62,178 bases of DNA, filler included, from Globobulimina sp. (GCA_003354225.1; 26 parts of 26 records of this genome joined end to end with filler, not necessarily neighbours in it), one strand, 5' to 3'. Counted from the first letter of the whole stretch, positions 51,559 to 62,110 are shown. The notes: a model not told the origin generated them from the letters alone. A program made the numbers and translations.

Positions 51559-52005
51559 ATATCACAAATAGCAATATGAACAAGGAAAGGTTAATATAGC
51601 TGTAACTTTCAGGTTTGGTGGAATGATCCAGTTAATATTATGCTGATTGCCTAAAAAACAGAAAAACTGCTGTAAACCTTGCGATTTTACGAATGATTGG
51701 TCAAATATTAAAGGCTGTGACCGGGCTCTGGCAAATGTTACCTCGGCATATAACAGTTTGCGTAAACATACAAAATATAATAATTCTTTTGTTGATTGTC
51801 GGACATCTTCGATTTCTGCTCGTTTTGCAGTATATTTGTAATTCGCAGTTAATTGTATGATATGTTGGAATAATGTGTCTTGTAATAATGGCCAAAAGAA
51901 ATAATCTCCAATCCACTCCGCTTTATACCGATTCCACCAATTATCGGACGTTCTTTTTTATGTATATTGTAATTAAGTAAGTGAGCAACATTTGCGGTCT
52001 GTAGT

Positions 52006-52392
52006 TTATATAGTTAACTTCCAGTATTTTTTGAAATCTTTGGGTCGTTGATTCATTGCACTGACATCAACGCCAACCCATCCATCAACTTTTTGGGTTA
52101 ATTGACTCAAAGCAGTATCAATCAGATGTTGTGGGATTGTGAATGATGGGAATATATCATCATATTTGTCGATGGATGTGGTAGGAAATAGAGCAGACCA
52201 AATACGATTAGATTTAGTGTCTTGCACCAAACGTTTTATGGCATAGTTTATAGCCTGAGATGAATTCATAACACGTTTTTGTAGGTTGTCTGTAATTTTT
52301 TTTGCCAATTTGGTCTGTGCCATGCAATACCATTCTTGTAACTCTTTGTTGTTATATTTGTGATTATTGGTTTTTTTACTGTAGGATGACAT
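52006..52392 (-). CDS. Hypothetical protein first exon
   Basis: ATG-initiated 128-aa ORF; may continue through 51650-51960. Confidence 0.4.
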   Translation of the reverse strand: MSSYSKKTNNHKYNNKELQEWYCMAQTKLAKKITDNLQKRVMNSSQAINYAIKRLVQDTKSNRIWSALFPTTSIDKYDDIFPSFTIPQHLIDTALSQLTQKVDGWVGVDVSAMNQRPKDFKKYWKLTI

Positions 52393-52702
52393 GATATATC
52401 TAACATTTATTTAAACGATGCATTCCAAAAGATAACCCCCCTTTGTATACATTTGGTTCAATTATAAATTTGTTCTGACTTTGTTCTGGATTTGCAAACC
52501 CAAGAAAAGTTATAACAAAAACAGAACAAACAAAGAACAAACCCAAGACAAACCTATAAAAACTCGATTTGCAAAGCGTTTCTCCAAGGGGGGGGGGTAT
52601 CTNNNNNNNNNNNNNNNNNNNNNNNNNNNNNNNNNNNNNNNNNNNNTTAATTAATTAANNNNNNNNNNNNNNNNNNNNNNNNNNNNNNNNNNNNNNNNNN
52701 NN

Positions 52703-53165
52703 GGTGCATTACGTATCAATACGTATCAATACGTATCATATCGTATCATAGAGATTCATAGAGATTCATAGAGATTCATAAAGATTCATAAAGTCAGACA
52801 AAGAAAACCAAAGCATGGCGGAGCGAGCGTTCCAAGGTGTTCCAACTAACGAAACAAGCGAAACTAAGGTAACAAACGAAACTAACAAAACCTGCGAAAC
52901 AAACGAAACTAACCAAACACATCCAATATCAAACGAAGAATGAAACGAAACAAACCAAAACAAACGCCCCTTCAGAAGAGGAGCAGCATAGGGAACGAAA
53001 CTAACGAAACTAACGCCCCTTCGGAAAAGTACAGTAGGAAACGAAACAAACGAAACAAACACACCTCATGAAGAGGACTGTAGGAAACGAAACTAACGAA
53101 ACAAACGAAACAAACAGCTGAGAAAATAATTGATAAGAATTGAATAGAATTGATAAGAATTCCCA
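52703..53165 (+). repeat. Mixed simple-repeat tract (ACGTATCAAT, TCATAGAGAT, AACGAAAC units)
   Basis: Directly visible degenerate tandem units. Confidence 0.85.
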
Positions 53166-53799
53166 AAAAAAACGGGAAAAACAAAACAGAATGATCTCCC
53201 CTCCTTTTGCAATTCCTGGTGCCAACATTTTATCGGTGCCAAACGTCTTCAGGCTCTTGAGCCCTGTTGCTGGAAATCGGAACTACCATCGTCTTCTGGA
53301 ATGCCAGGGGTCAACGTATGAACGCACGCTCCAATGTCTGAACGTATAATTGAATATAATTGAATATATGAGTGGGTCGCTGCATTCGATCGGTTCCTGC
53401 AGCGGATTCTTCAAAGAAGATGCATCCAATCCCAATCAATCCTGTTTTGCCATTGCAAATAGTTGGAAATAGTGCAAATCGTGGGAAATAGTGCAAATAG
53501 TTGGCAAACTGCATCAAACTGCTTGCAAGGCATAAAATTTAGCAGAATAAGTTGACAACAGTTGGCAGGCAAGTACAATGGCATGCCAACAACATAGCGG
53601 TCCATGCATGAACTAATTACCCACGCCATAGAAAAGCTCCCCATCCCAGGATAGTGCCGATGAACACTGTATGGGTGCAGAGGGAGGTCTCTATCATCTA
53701 AATGTGCATCAAATTCAGCCATGAAGCAAGCGGCGAAACCCGGCACGCTGTTTGTAACCACGGCTAACGTTGCTGCAGCGGCCTCCGTAGACCCACATC

Positions 53800-54938
53800 C
53801 CTTTGCAGCATTGTGTGAAACAAAAATCACATCCAAGTTTTCTACGTTCAACATTTGTATACGAGCATTTACAAAGTACATTGTATGCAGAATCAGCATA
53901 TTTGAATAACAATAATACGCAAATAACATCAACAAAACTATCAATACACATTACTAATAATGCCAAGCACATAGTAAAATGCGTTGTATTCCATGCAAAT
54001 CTATGCAAAGTCCATGTTATTGATATTGATATCATAAATGGAATAATTATTGTTAATAATAGGCTGGAACGTGTTACAATTCTTAAAAATTCCCGGTTTA
54101 ATACCACCGAATCTTCTCGAAACACATGGCGTCGATGTACTTTATGAGAGTGACAACCATCATCATCGATATCGCTGCGAGATGGAATTTTCTTCATACA
54201 ATATATTGTATTATTTTCTTGTTCGAATTCGTTTCCTTCGATGGCTTTGTTAACATTAACAATGGCTTTTTGTTCATTATGTGTAATGGATGAAAATTCA
54301 ATGATTTCCTCAGGGTCGTTATGCGAGCGCGACAATTCAATTTTAACTTTGCTGACGGCCAATGAAAACATTCTGCGATTAAATTGTATGGATAAATAAA
54401 ATAACAAAATGGCTAAGTTGATGTGAAATGTATTGAATCCGATATTAGCAATGACCTCATTATGTAAGTTCATAACACCGATATAGCCGACAATTAATGA
54501 CAACATGGCATGGATTATTACAAAAATATTTAATGATTTAAATATTGTGTAATTACTCCGATATTTTGAATGTCTAAATGCATAATACAATCTACCATTA
54601 AATATTAAAAATAAAAATATTTTCCCGATGTACCAGGATGCTGTGGTTGCTACGCGTAAACGTATCGAGTTATGCGTTAAAAATAAATCTTCATCGGTTA
54701 ACGGGAAAATCGTTAGCCACAGAAGATACGTTGCAACACAGATACAAGAGACACAATTGAACAAATTTGAAAATGTTGCAGTTATCTGAAGATATTTTGA
54801 ATTTGATGGTGCGTTGATAAATGCAGATTGAAATGATCTAATGAAGCCCCAAACAGATGACATAATGGCTATTACTGCCATTAATACTGCAGGAATTAAT
54901 AACGGTAATGCTTGTTTGCTTGTAATGTTGATACCCAT
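53800..54938 (-). CDS. 7TM/GPCR-like membrane protein; 3' end probably chimeric
   Basis: About seven hydrophobic helices and a Cys-rich tail; composition shift near 53800. Confidence 0.6.
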
Positions 54939-55303
54939 GATTTCATTAAATAGTTGAGCGAATGCATGCCATGTTGATTAAAAAAATGATTTTGTTNNNN
55001 NNNNNNNNNNNNNNNNNNNNNNNNNNNNNNNNNNNNNNNNTTAATTAATTAANNNNNNNNNNNNNNNNNNNNNNNNNNNNNNNNNNNNNNNNNNNNTACT
55101 AACAATACTATACTAGAATCAAGATAACTTTTGGAATACTATACTATACTATACTAGATTCAAAACTTGATTGTAGTAGGCATCCCTGCCATGGTGTCAG
55201 TTGACAATCTATGTCTAAAGGTCCTATATATGGCGAGGGTCTTTAGAGCAGTGCAGCCAAATCAATGCCAGGATATGTCACACCGTGCCCTTAGGGTCTG
55301 TTT

Positions 55304-55377
55304 TGTGACAGACTGTGGCACAGTGGCGTCTCTTGTGACAGACTGTGGCACAGTGGCGTCTCTTGTGACAGACTGTG
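55304..55377 (+). repeat. 31-bp tandem repeat TGTGACAGACTGTGGCACAGTGGCGTCTCTT (~2.4 copies)
   Basis: Directly visible, downstream of the penton-like gene. Confidence 0.9.
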
Positions 55378-55463
55378 TATGACAAGTCAAAAGGAACCTG
55401 TTTTGATGACCTTGGAACTTTTAAAATATCTTGTTTTAACAATCGTTTATTAGATACAGAGAT

Positions 55464-55841
55464 TTATATTGGTAAAAGCGACAACTGTAGGGTTATGGAC
55501 TTAACAGGCACATCAAGCTCTTCTATAATAATCACTTCTATCACTATCTCTTGCGTTTCTCCCAACTTTGCTGCCACTTTTGGTTGAGTGAACTTTCCTT
55601 TTTCATATGTCATTGACAGAACATTTACCATAGTCTTCCCTACTGGCTGAGGCTCACACAGATCAGCACATATCAGAACAGGTTTGGTTGGCCAAGGGTC
55701 GATAGAAAGTCCTTCCAACATCACATAGTACTTTGAACTTCCATTGATTATGAGCGGAAATGGCAGTCGATTTGAGAATTTCGTAGGACTATGAAATTGG
55801 TCATTAGTAGTACAGATTTTGCTGCTCAGAGTCAACAACAT
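55464..55841 (-). CDS. Polinton/adintovirus-like minor capsid protein (penton), minimal 125 aa
   Basis: N-terminal MLLTLSS...FSNRLPFPLII.G..YYVMLEGLSI and C-terminal LICADLCEPQPVG....VL...IVIEV...ITLQL resemble Polinton penton motifs. Confidence 0.65.
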   Translation of the reverse strand: MLLTLSSKICTTNDQFHSPTKFSNRLPFPLIINGSSKYYVMLEGLSIDPWPTKPVLICADLCEPQPVGKTMVNVLSMTYEKGKFTQPKVAAKLGETQEIVIEVIIIEELDVPVKSITLQLSLLPI

Positions 55842-56034
55842 AATGCAACCAGTCTTCAACAAGTCAGCTTGACATACTGATAAAAAGCTCAAAAATGCTT
55901 ACCTAAATAGTGTTACAACAATTCCTGTCGTCAATATACCCCCGCCTACACTATATGGGGATCTCTGACATGGAAGTCATTTTACGGCAGTGTCTCATTG
56001 TTGAACTGTTGTGTATGCAATTTGCTCTGACATC

Positions 56035-57327
56035 ATGGTTGCTGTCCCATCTCCATTTGAATTGCTCCCAAGTGCCAAAAGAATGGCTATAGACCATGAT
56101 GATGTCTTTGAAATATTTCCAAATCAAGAAAATATGGTGAAGCGTTCCTTTTTCCAAGAATATCCAGACAATGGGTTTGACAGAGACCATGGCTCTTGGT
56201 TTACAATCAGGCCTTCTGAGGGAGTAGGACTCGATCTGGGCAACTGTTTTATGGAAGTGACGCTAAAAGTGTTCAGAGAAGATGGCAAAAAGCTGGACAC
56301 CAATGATGAAGCAAAGATTCAACCAGCAAATGACTTTTTCAATGCTCTGTTTTCCAAATGTGAACTGCGTATCAATGGAACACTAATTGGAGATGATGGT
56401 GCCTACCACCCACAAACGGCACTGCTTCACAACCTTTTGGATTATTCTCCAGATTTTCAAGAAAATGTTCTGTCCAACACCAATCTCTTCTACAGATTCT
56501 ATGACACGTATCCAGCTCCAGATCCATATATGCAACATCGATACATCAAACAAAGCAAACCACTCACTCTCTTTGGACGTCTAAACCACAACGGTTTTAC
56601 TACAAAGCAATATCTTCTACCAAACACTCGGATTGATATCAAGCTAACTCGAAATCCATCAGAATTTTGCCTCATCAGAAAAGCTGGTGTAAATTTCAAA
56701 TACAAGGTGGAGGTCAGCAGCTGCAAGTTGAGAGTGCGCCACCTCTTGTTTCATGAAAGTACAATAGATGAACTTAGCCGATCACTCGAACACAGTGTTG
56801 TCACTTACCCATATATCAAGACCACTCCATTTCGTTTTGAAATACCCATTGGTACACGAATGCATCAATCACTCAGTTTCACATGGGGACCAATGGCAAA
56901 GAATGTATACTTTGTGATTTGTGACAGTGACAGTCTGAATGGAAGAACCTGGGAGAATAACCCAATGAGCTTTCCTGCTGCCCACTACAATGTCAACCAT
57001 GTGCAATTCTATTGCAATAACAAACCAGTTATGGATGAACCATATAACATTGACTTCAATAATGAAAACGTCGGCAGAGTTTATAGTGAATTGGTTCAAA
57101 TTGTAACAGATGGACATAAAAGTAGAAAAATGCCAGGCATCACATACAACGATATGCTAGGACAATTTGCTATATTTCCTGCACCCCATAATTTACCTTA
57201 TTATGGAAACCTGACAGTTGAAGTTGGATTCAAGAAACCTACCACAAAGCTGTTGAACGGATTATTGTTTCTCCAGTTTGATGCTAATTTTACTTTGTCT
57301 AAAGGTGGTGTAGTACACTCTGTATAA
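56035..57327 (+). CDS. Polinton/Maverick (adintovirus) major capsid protein, double jelly-roll, F54H12.2-like
   Basis: LDLGNCFMEV.LKV, PANDFFNALFSKCELRINGTLI, LHNLLDYS, LFGRLNH..F....LLPNTRIDIKLTRN..EFCL, NNPMSF. Confidence 0.85.
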   Translation: MVAVPSPFELLPSAKRMAIDHDDVFEIFPNQENMVKRSFFQEYPDNGFDRDHGSWFTIRPSEGVGLDLGNCFMEVTLKVFREDGKKLDTNDEAKIQPANDFFNALFSKCELRINGTLIGDDGAYHPQTALLHNLLDYSPDFQENVLSNTNLFYRFYDTYPAPDPYMQHRYIKQSKPLTLFGRLNHNGFTTKQYLLPNTRIDIKLTRNPSEFCLIRKAGVNFKYKVEVSSCKLRVRHLLFHESTIDELSRSLEHSVVTYPYIKTTPFRFEIPIGTRMHQSLSFTWGPMAKNVYFVICDSDSLNGRTWENNPMSFPAAHYNVNHVQFYCNNKPVMDEPYNIDFNNENVGRVYSELVQIVTDGHKSRKMPGITYNDMLGQFAIFPAPHNLPYYGNLTVEVGFKKPTTKLLNGLLFLQFDANFTLSKGGVVHSV

Positions 57328-58034
57328 TTATTTATGTATAGTGATTGTTGTTATATAAAAATAGGATAAAAATAGGATAAAAAATTGAACNNNNNNNNNN
57401 NNNNNNNNNNNNNNNNNNNNNNNNNNNNNNNNNNTTAATTAATTAANNNNNNNNNNNNNNNNNNNNNNNNNNNNNNNNNNNNNNNNNNNNTCTTCATTAG
57501 CTCGTTCATTGTTTTGTTTCTGTGATGCAATGATTTTTCGTTGTTTATAGTGTCACATATTATAGTTCTGTAGATTTGTGGCAATGTTGTTTGTTTATTG
57601 TGGCGGTTACGTTGTATTGGATTATTTGTGTTATGCTTGGAAAGGGTGGTGCTCATCAGTTGCTTTCTTTGATGAGTGGTGTGATGTTGTGATCTGTACA
57701 TTTTACATTTAGGATCATTTCCCTTTCTTTCTATCCAATGGAATTGCTTAGCCATTTCACAATGAACGAGTCTAATGTTTGCATCGTAAAGACACTGCGA
57801 AGTGAGCAAGGGAGTGTGGGATTGAATTGTAGGCAGATAGGAGAGAGTGAGGAAAGTTTTGCAAAAAGCTCACAGTTTTCGTGATTGGAGCATGGATGCA
57901 GCATGGCTGGATTTAACAAATTTCACAGTTTCAATTCAAGAATCACAACACAACTCAGAATATCAATATCAATACCAATTGCCGCAATTATGCAATGCAA
58001 ATTATGCAATATAGGATATATATTAAAGAGCGGC

Positions 58035-58044
58035 GACCAATAAA
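58035..58044 (+). promoter_or_regulatory. CCAAT-box motif GACCAATAAA upstream of H4 (identical copy at 59241-59250 upstream of H2B)
   Basis: Same 10-mer about 170-195 bp before both histone ATGs. Confidence 0.5.
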
Positions 58045-58228
58045 ATAAAATTCTGTTTCTAATTGTTGATGGCCAGCATATTGGCAATTATGATATAACA
58101 AGACAACATCAATCGATTTCTTTACCAAAACAACAGCAATCTCTTTCATATAAATATAAATATAAATATAAATATAAATATAAATATTAATATATTGCAT
58201 TCCATTTTACTTTAATTTATTATCAATA

Positions 58229-58537
58229 ATGTCCGGTCGCGGAAAAGGAGGTAAAGGTTTAGGAAAAGGCGGTGCGAAACGTTTCAGAAAAGGAGGAAAA
58301 GGAAATATTGCAGGAATTACAAAACCAGCCATCAGACGTTTAGCCAGAAGAGGTGGAGTAAAAAGAATCTCTGGGCAGATTTATGATGAATCGCGATCTG
58401 TAATTAAGACATTCTTAGAAAATGTTGTCAAAGATGCAGTGACTTATACGGAATATTCGAAAAGAAAAACTGTCACTGCTTTGGATGTTGTATATGCGCT
58501 AAAAAGACAAGGAAGAACTATCTATGGTTTCAACTAA
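58229..58537 (+). CDS. H4: Histone H4 (divergent)
   Basis: [18 protein letters not shown]...[21 protein letters not shown]...[12 protein letters not shown]. Confidence 0.98.
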
Positions 58538-58575
58538 ATCTATTCATTTATATATTAAATTTTTATTTTTTACCA

Positions 58576-58595
58576 GGTGTTTTTCAACACCACCA
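58576..58595 (+). promoter_or_regulatory. Histone 3' stem-loop GGTGTT-TTTC-AACACC followed by ACCA
   Basis: 6-bp stem, TTTC loop and ACCA 3' flank, 38 nt after the H4 stop; same geometry as canonical GGCTCT-TTTC-AGAGCC-ACC. Confidence 0.85.
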
Positions 58596-59410
58596 ATTCC
58601 AACCATTGTAACATAAATTAAATCTGAAACCTGTTTTTCTGAGTTATGTCCACCGTATACAATAGTTCTGAAAACACAAATCACTGAAATCATGCTCATA
58701 TATTGAATTCGAATGGTTGTGTAATGTCAGATATGGACAACGTTAACAAATATATTTGATATTAATATATTCAAAATTTCATAGTCTGTAATATATATAT
58801 CATATGTAGCGCCAATTTGTGATACATGATGTACAATGCATGATAAATATTGTATTGATAAATATTGTGAGTTGTGTCCTCATTGCATTTATAAATGTTC
58901 AGATTAAGAAAGTCAAGAAAAGTGTGAGCTTTTTCAAGTCGAAACATATTTAAGCCATGGCAGACAATATCTATATCTATATCCCAATCCCAATCCATTC
59001 ATTTCCATGCATATGCATTCCATTATTAAATTGAATATTCTATCAATGGGACAAAGATCAAATCAAATATATACAGATTTGCATGCAGGTAATTAATAAT
59101 ACTCATGATTCGATTCGATTCGATTCGATCTATAATTAATAAATTGAGATATCATTCATCTGCCATGCATCTGTCAAGCAATATGAATTAATTTCAATTA
59201 ACAATATAATATCTGACATAAAAGAAATGTTTCTCCATTGGACCAATAAACCGCAAGCATAGACATGGCGGATAATGAATTATTTCAATTAAAATAAAGA
59301 TAATGAATAAAATTACCTCTTCACCATTCACCAAACCAACATAAACATATATTTCTTAATTCAGCAAAACTAAATCAATTAAATTTCGATCCATCGCAAT
59401 TAAATTAAGA

Positions 59411-59743
59411 ATGTCGGCCAAAAAAGCAGCAGCAGCACCCGCAGCAGCTCGAAATTATAACAGAAAAAGAAAAGAGACATTTAATATTTACATTTTCAAG
59501 GTTTTGAAACAAGTGCATCCGGACATTGGAATGAGCAAAAGAGCCATGAATGTGATGAACGGCTTTGTGCATGACACATTCGATCGGATTGCAGGCGAAG
59601 CCGCCAACATTGTCAAATATAACAAGAAAGCCACAATGGATGCCAGAGCAGTGCAATGTGCGTGCAAATTGGTGTTACCAGGCGAGCTATCAAAACATGC
59701 GGAAACTGAGGCAAGCAAAGCAGTCAATAAATATGCACAATAA
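59411..59743 (+). CDS. H2B: Histone H2B
   Basis: [29 protein letters not shown]...[11 protein letters not shown]. Confidence 0.97.
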   Translation: MSAKKAAAAPAAARNYNRKRKETFNIYIFKVLKQVHPDIGMSKRAMNVMNGFVHDTFDRIAGEAANIVKYNKKATMDARAVQCACKLVLPGELSKHAETEASKAVNKYAQ

Positions 59744-59884
59744 ATTATTTCTCAATTGCAATCAATCAATTATTTAATTTTTATNNNNNNNNNNNNNNNN
59801 NNNNNNNNNNNNNNNNNNNNNNNNNNNNTTAATTAATTAANNNNNNNNNNNNNNNNNNNNNNNNNNNNNNNNNNNNNNNNNNNN

Positions 59885-60265
59885 AAGGGAAAGTCCAGGG
59901 ACTCAAAATAGGAGAAATTCTTCTCTCATCTGGCCTGGTAAATGAACAACAGGTACTTGATGCTCTTGAAACCCAGGAAAACATGCAGAACATGAAGATA
60001 GGACAGTTCCTGATAGAGAAAGGCATTATCCAGGAAAAAGAAGTATATATAGCACTTGCGGAAAAATTCCGAATTCCTTTCGTTGACCTGAGGGAAGAAA
60101 AAGTTTCCAAAAAGATATTAATGCGACTTCCCAGAAACCTTGTACTGAAAAACGAAACACTTCCTATCTCTTTCGACAATGAGACGCTCAAAATTGCCAC
60201 TCTGCTCCCAGATGCCCCATTCCAGTATGAAACATTCCTTACAGAAGGAAAGTGCAAGGATGTAC
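59885..60265 (+). CDS. Bacterial PilB/GspE/MshE ATPase N-terminal (MshEN) fragment
   Basis: KIGEILLSSGLVNEQQVLDALETQ and KIGQFLIEKGII are tandem MshEN-like motifs; ALAEKFRIPFVDL. Confidence 0.8.
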
Positions 60266-60288
60266 AATTTGACAGTGGGTGTACAATT

Positions 60289-61042
60289 TTACATTAATTG
60301 GTGCTTTTCCTGTTGCTTCATTTGTTCCATATGTTCAATTTCTTTTGCATTCAATACATAATAACTTCCACCACCAAGGATCCCACCAATAACAGGACCG
60401 AGCCAATAAATCCAAATATATTTTAATGTACCATTTTTCCTCATTAGGTTTGTGAATGATAGCGCCGTTCCAATGGCCGGATTGAAAGCACCGCCAGATA
60501 TTTTTTGTGCAGAGGCAATTCCTGCGCCAATACTTAATCCAATCGAAATTCCATAAAAAAAATTACCACGTTGAGATTCTGTGGTTGCTACATTTATGAC
60601 GACCATTGTTATTGTAAATGTATATATTAATTCGATGATAAAAATACGACCATACGATGTTTTAAACTCATCCCCGGGCTCAATGAATGGTATTTGACCA
60701 TTTATTAAATAGGAAATTAATGCACCAACAAATGCTCCAACTACTTGTACAATAATAAAAATCAATGCATCTGCTTTGGTAATGAATCCTCGAATGTAAA
60801 CTGCGATTGTTATTGATGGATTAAAATGAGCTCCAGATATATGACCAAATGCATATATTAATGCAATCTGTGCAAATGCAACGGCTACTGGCGCTATAAA
60901 TGATTCTTGAGACTCTTTGGTTACATCGCTATCGGGCGATGAATAATAACTGAGATTTGGTTGTGTTACTAATGCAAATGTGGTAGTTACTATCAATGTT
61001 CCTACAAATTCTGACAGGTACATTGGTAAAGATTCACTCATT
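60289..61042 (-). CDS. Aquaporin (MIP family)
   Basis: EFVGT, ISGAHFNPS, SGGAFNPA, WIYWLGPVIG. Confidence 0.95.
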
Positions 61043-61145
61043 TGAGGTGGTAGATTTGTCATCAGGCAGTTTGTTATCCACATGCGGAGATTAAAAATTA
61101 AAAAACAACTTAAATAAATCTTTTTGTCAGTGGAATAAATCCATC

Positions 61146-61406
61146 ATGCCACTCGTTTGTTGTCTTCCCTGGATGATTCAATTAGTCGTTCCAATATTGC
61201 TCTTGATATTCAAACCAATTTACAATAGATTGCCACAAAAACAGCAGGAATTGATAAATAACGGAATAAAGAAATGTCAACAAATGACAAATTATATTTG
61301 GAATAAATTTAAATCAAATGGCAGTGAACAGACTAAATGCAATGCAACTGAAGGATCATGTGGGCCATGTGGCCAAACTTCCAATGAAACAATTGAAAAG
61401 AATTGA
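61146..61406 (+). CDS. Small membrane protein, 86 aa (possibly UPF0729-like)
   Basis: Cys-containing hydrophobic N-terminus, Cys-rich tail. Confidence 0.45.
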   Translation: MPLVCCLPWMIQLVVPILLLIFKPIYNRLPQKQQELINNGIKKCQQMTNYIWNKFKSNGSEQTKCNATEGSCGPCGQTSNETIEKN

Positions 61407-61708
61407 TTTTGCTTTATCTGGACTGCATTATGAAAATCTGAAAAATTAATTATAAACTCTATGTTTATCCACAAAATGCATTCGCTTTTACTAAATAATG
61501 GACTAATTATACTATATACACAGTTTTTAAACAAACCAATGTCAATGACACGCTTCTACGGACATAGTGTTCTCACAGCTTGTCATCCACATCATATGAT
61601 GTGGAGATTAAAAATTAAAAAACAGCTTAAATAAATCTTTTTGTCAGTGGAAATGTGGAATAAATCCGACAAAAGAATACTTGTATTAAAATTATTAAAT
61701 AAATTAGG

Positions 61709-62110
61709 TTAACCAACAAGGTTTTTAAACATTTCTATCTTTTTATCAATTAATCTCCACTGTAAACTTTGTTCTTTCCAAAAGTCAAAGTTTATAAAGA
61801 TATTTTTATATTCGCTGCATAGTTTTAATAATTTTTCCATTGAATCAAATGTTGCTGTAACTGGTTCCATGCCATATGCATAATCCTTTTCTGCATCATC
61901 ATAACCAGTGTCATTATCAATCTTCACAAGGATATGAATCTCAAATGAGTCAGTTCGTTGCATGATTTTAAATCTCTGTTGAATATATTGCATGATTTCA
62001 ACCGTCACATCGGACATATCCCAGCACGGATCACCATCACCATCTATATCACCAAAATCCATCCAAAACGAACATGAAAGCTTTTGTAGTTTATCATCAT
62101 CTCCAGCCAC
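61709..62110 (-). CDS. Hypothetical protein C-terminus, 5' truncated
   Basis: Open frame near the contig end. Confidence 0.4.
   Translation of the reverse strand: MAGDDDKLQKLSCSFWMDFGDIDGDGDPCWDMSDVTVEIMQYIQQRFKIMQRTDSFEIHILVKIDNDTGYDDAEKDYAYGMEPVTATFDSMEKLLKLCSEYKNIFINFDFWKEQSLQWRLIDKKIEMFKNLVG

Noticed and set aside
52766-53228. FVSFVS-rich ORFs
   Set aside because: Translations of AACGAAAC simple repeats
55097-59743. Virus-encoded histones next to the capsid genes
   Set aside because: A spacer at 57391-57490 separates the contigs; the adjacency is artificial
2298-59884. Regularly spaced TTAATTAATTAA palindromes as a biological repeat or array
   Set aside because: Always embedded in N44 blocks; artificial concatenation linker
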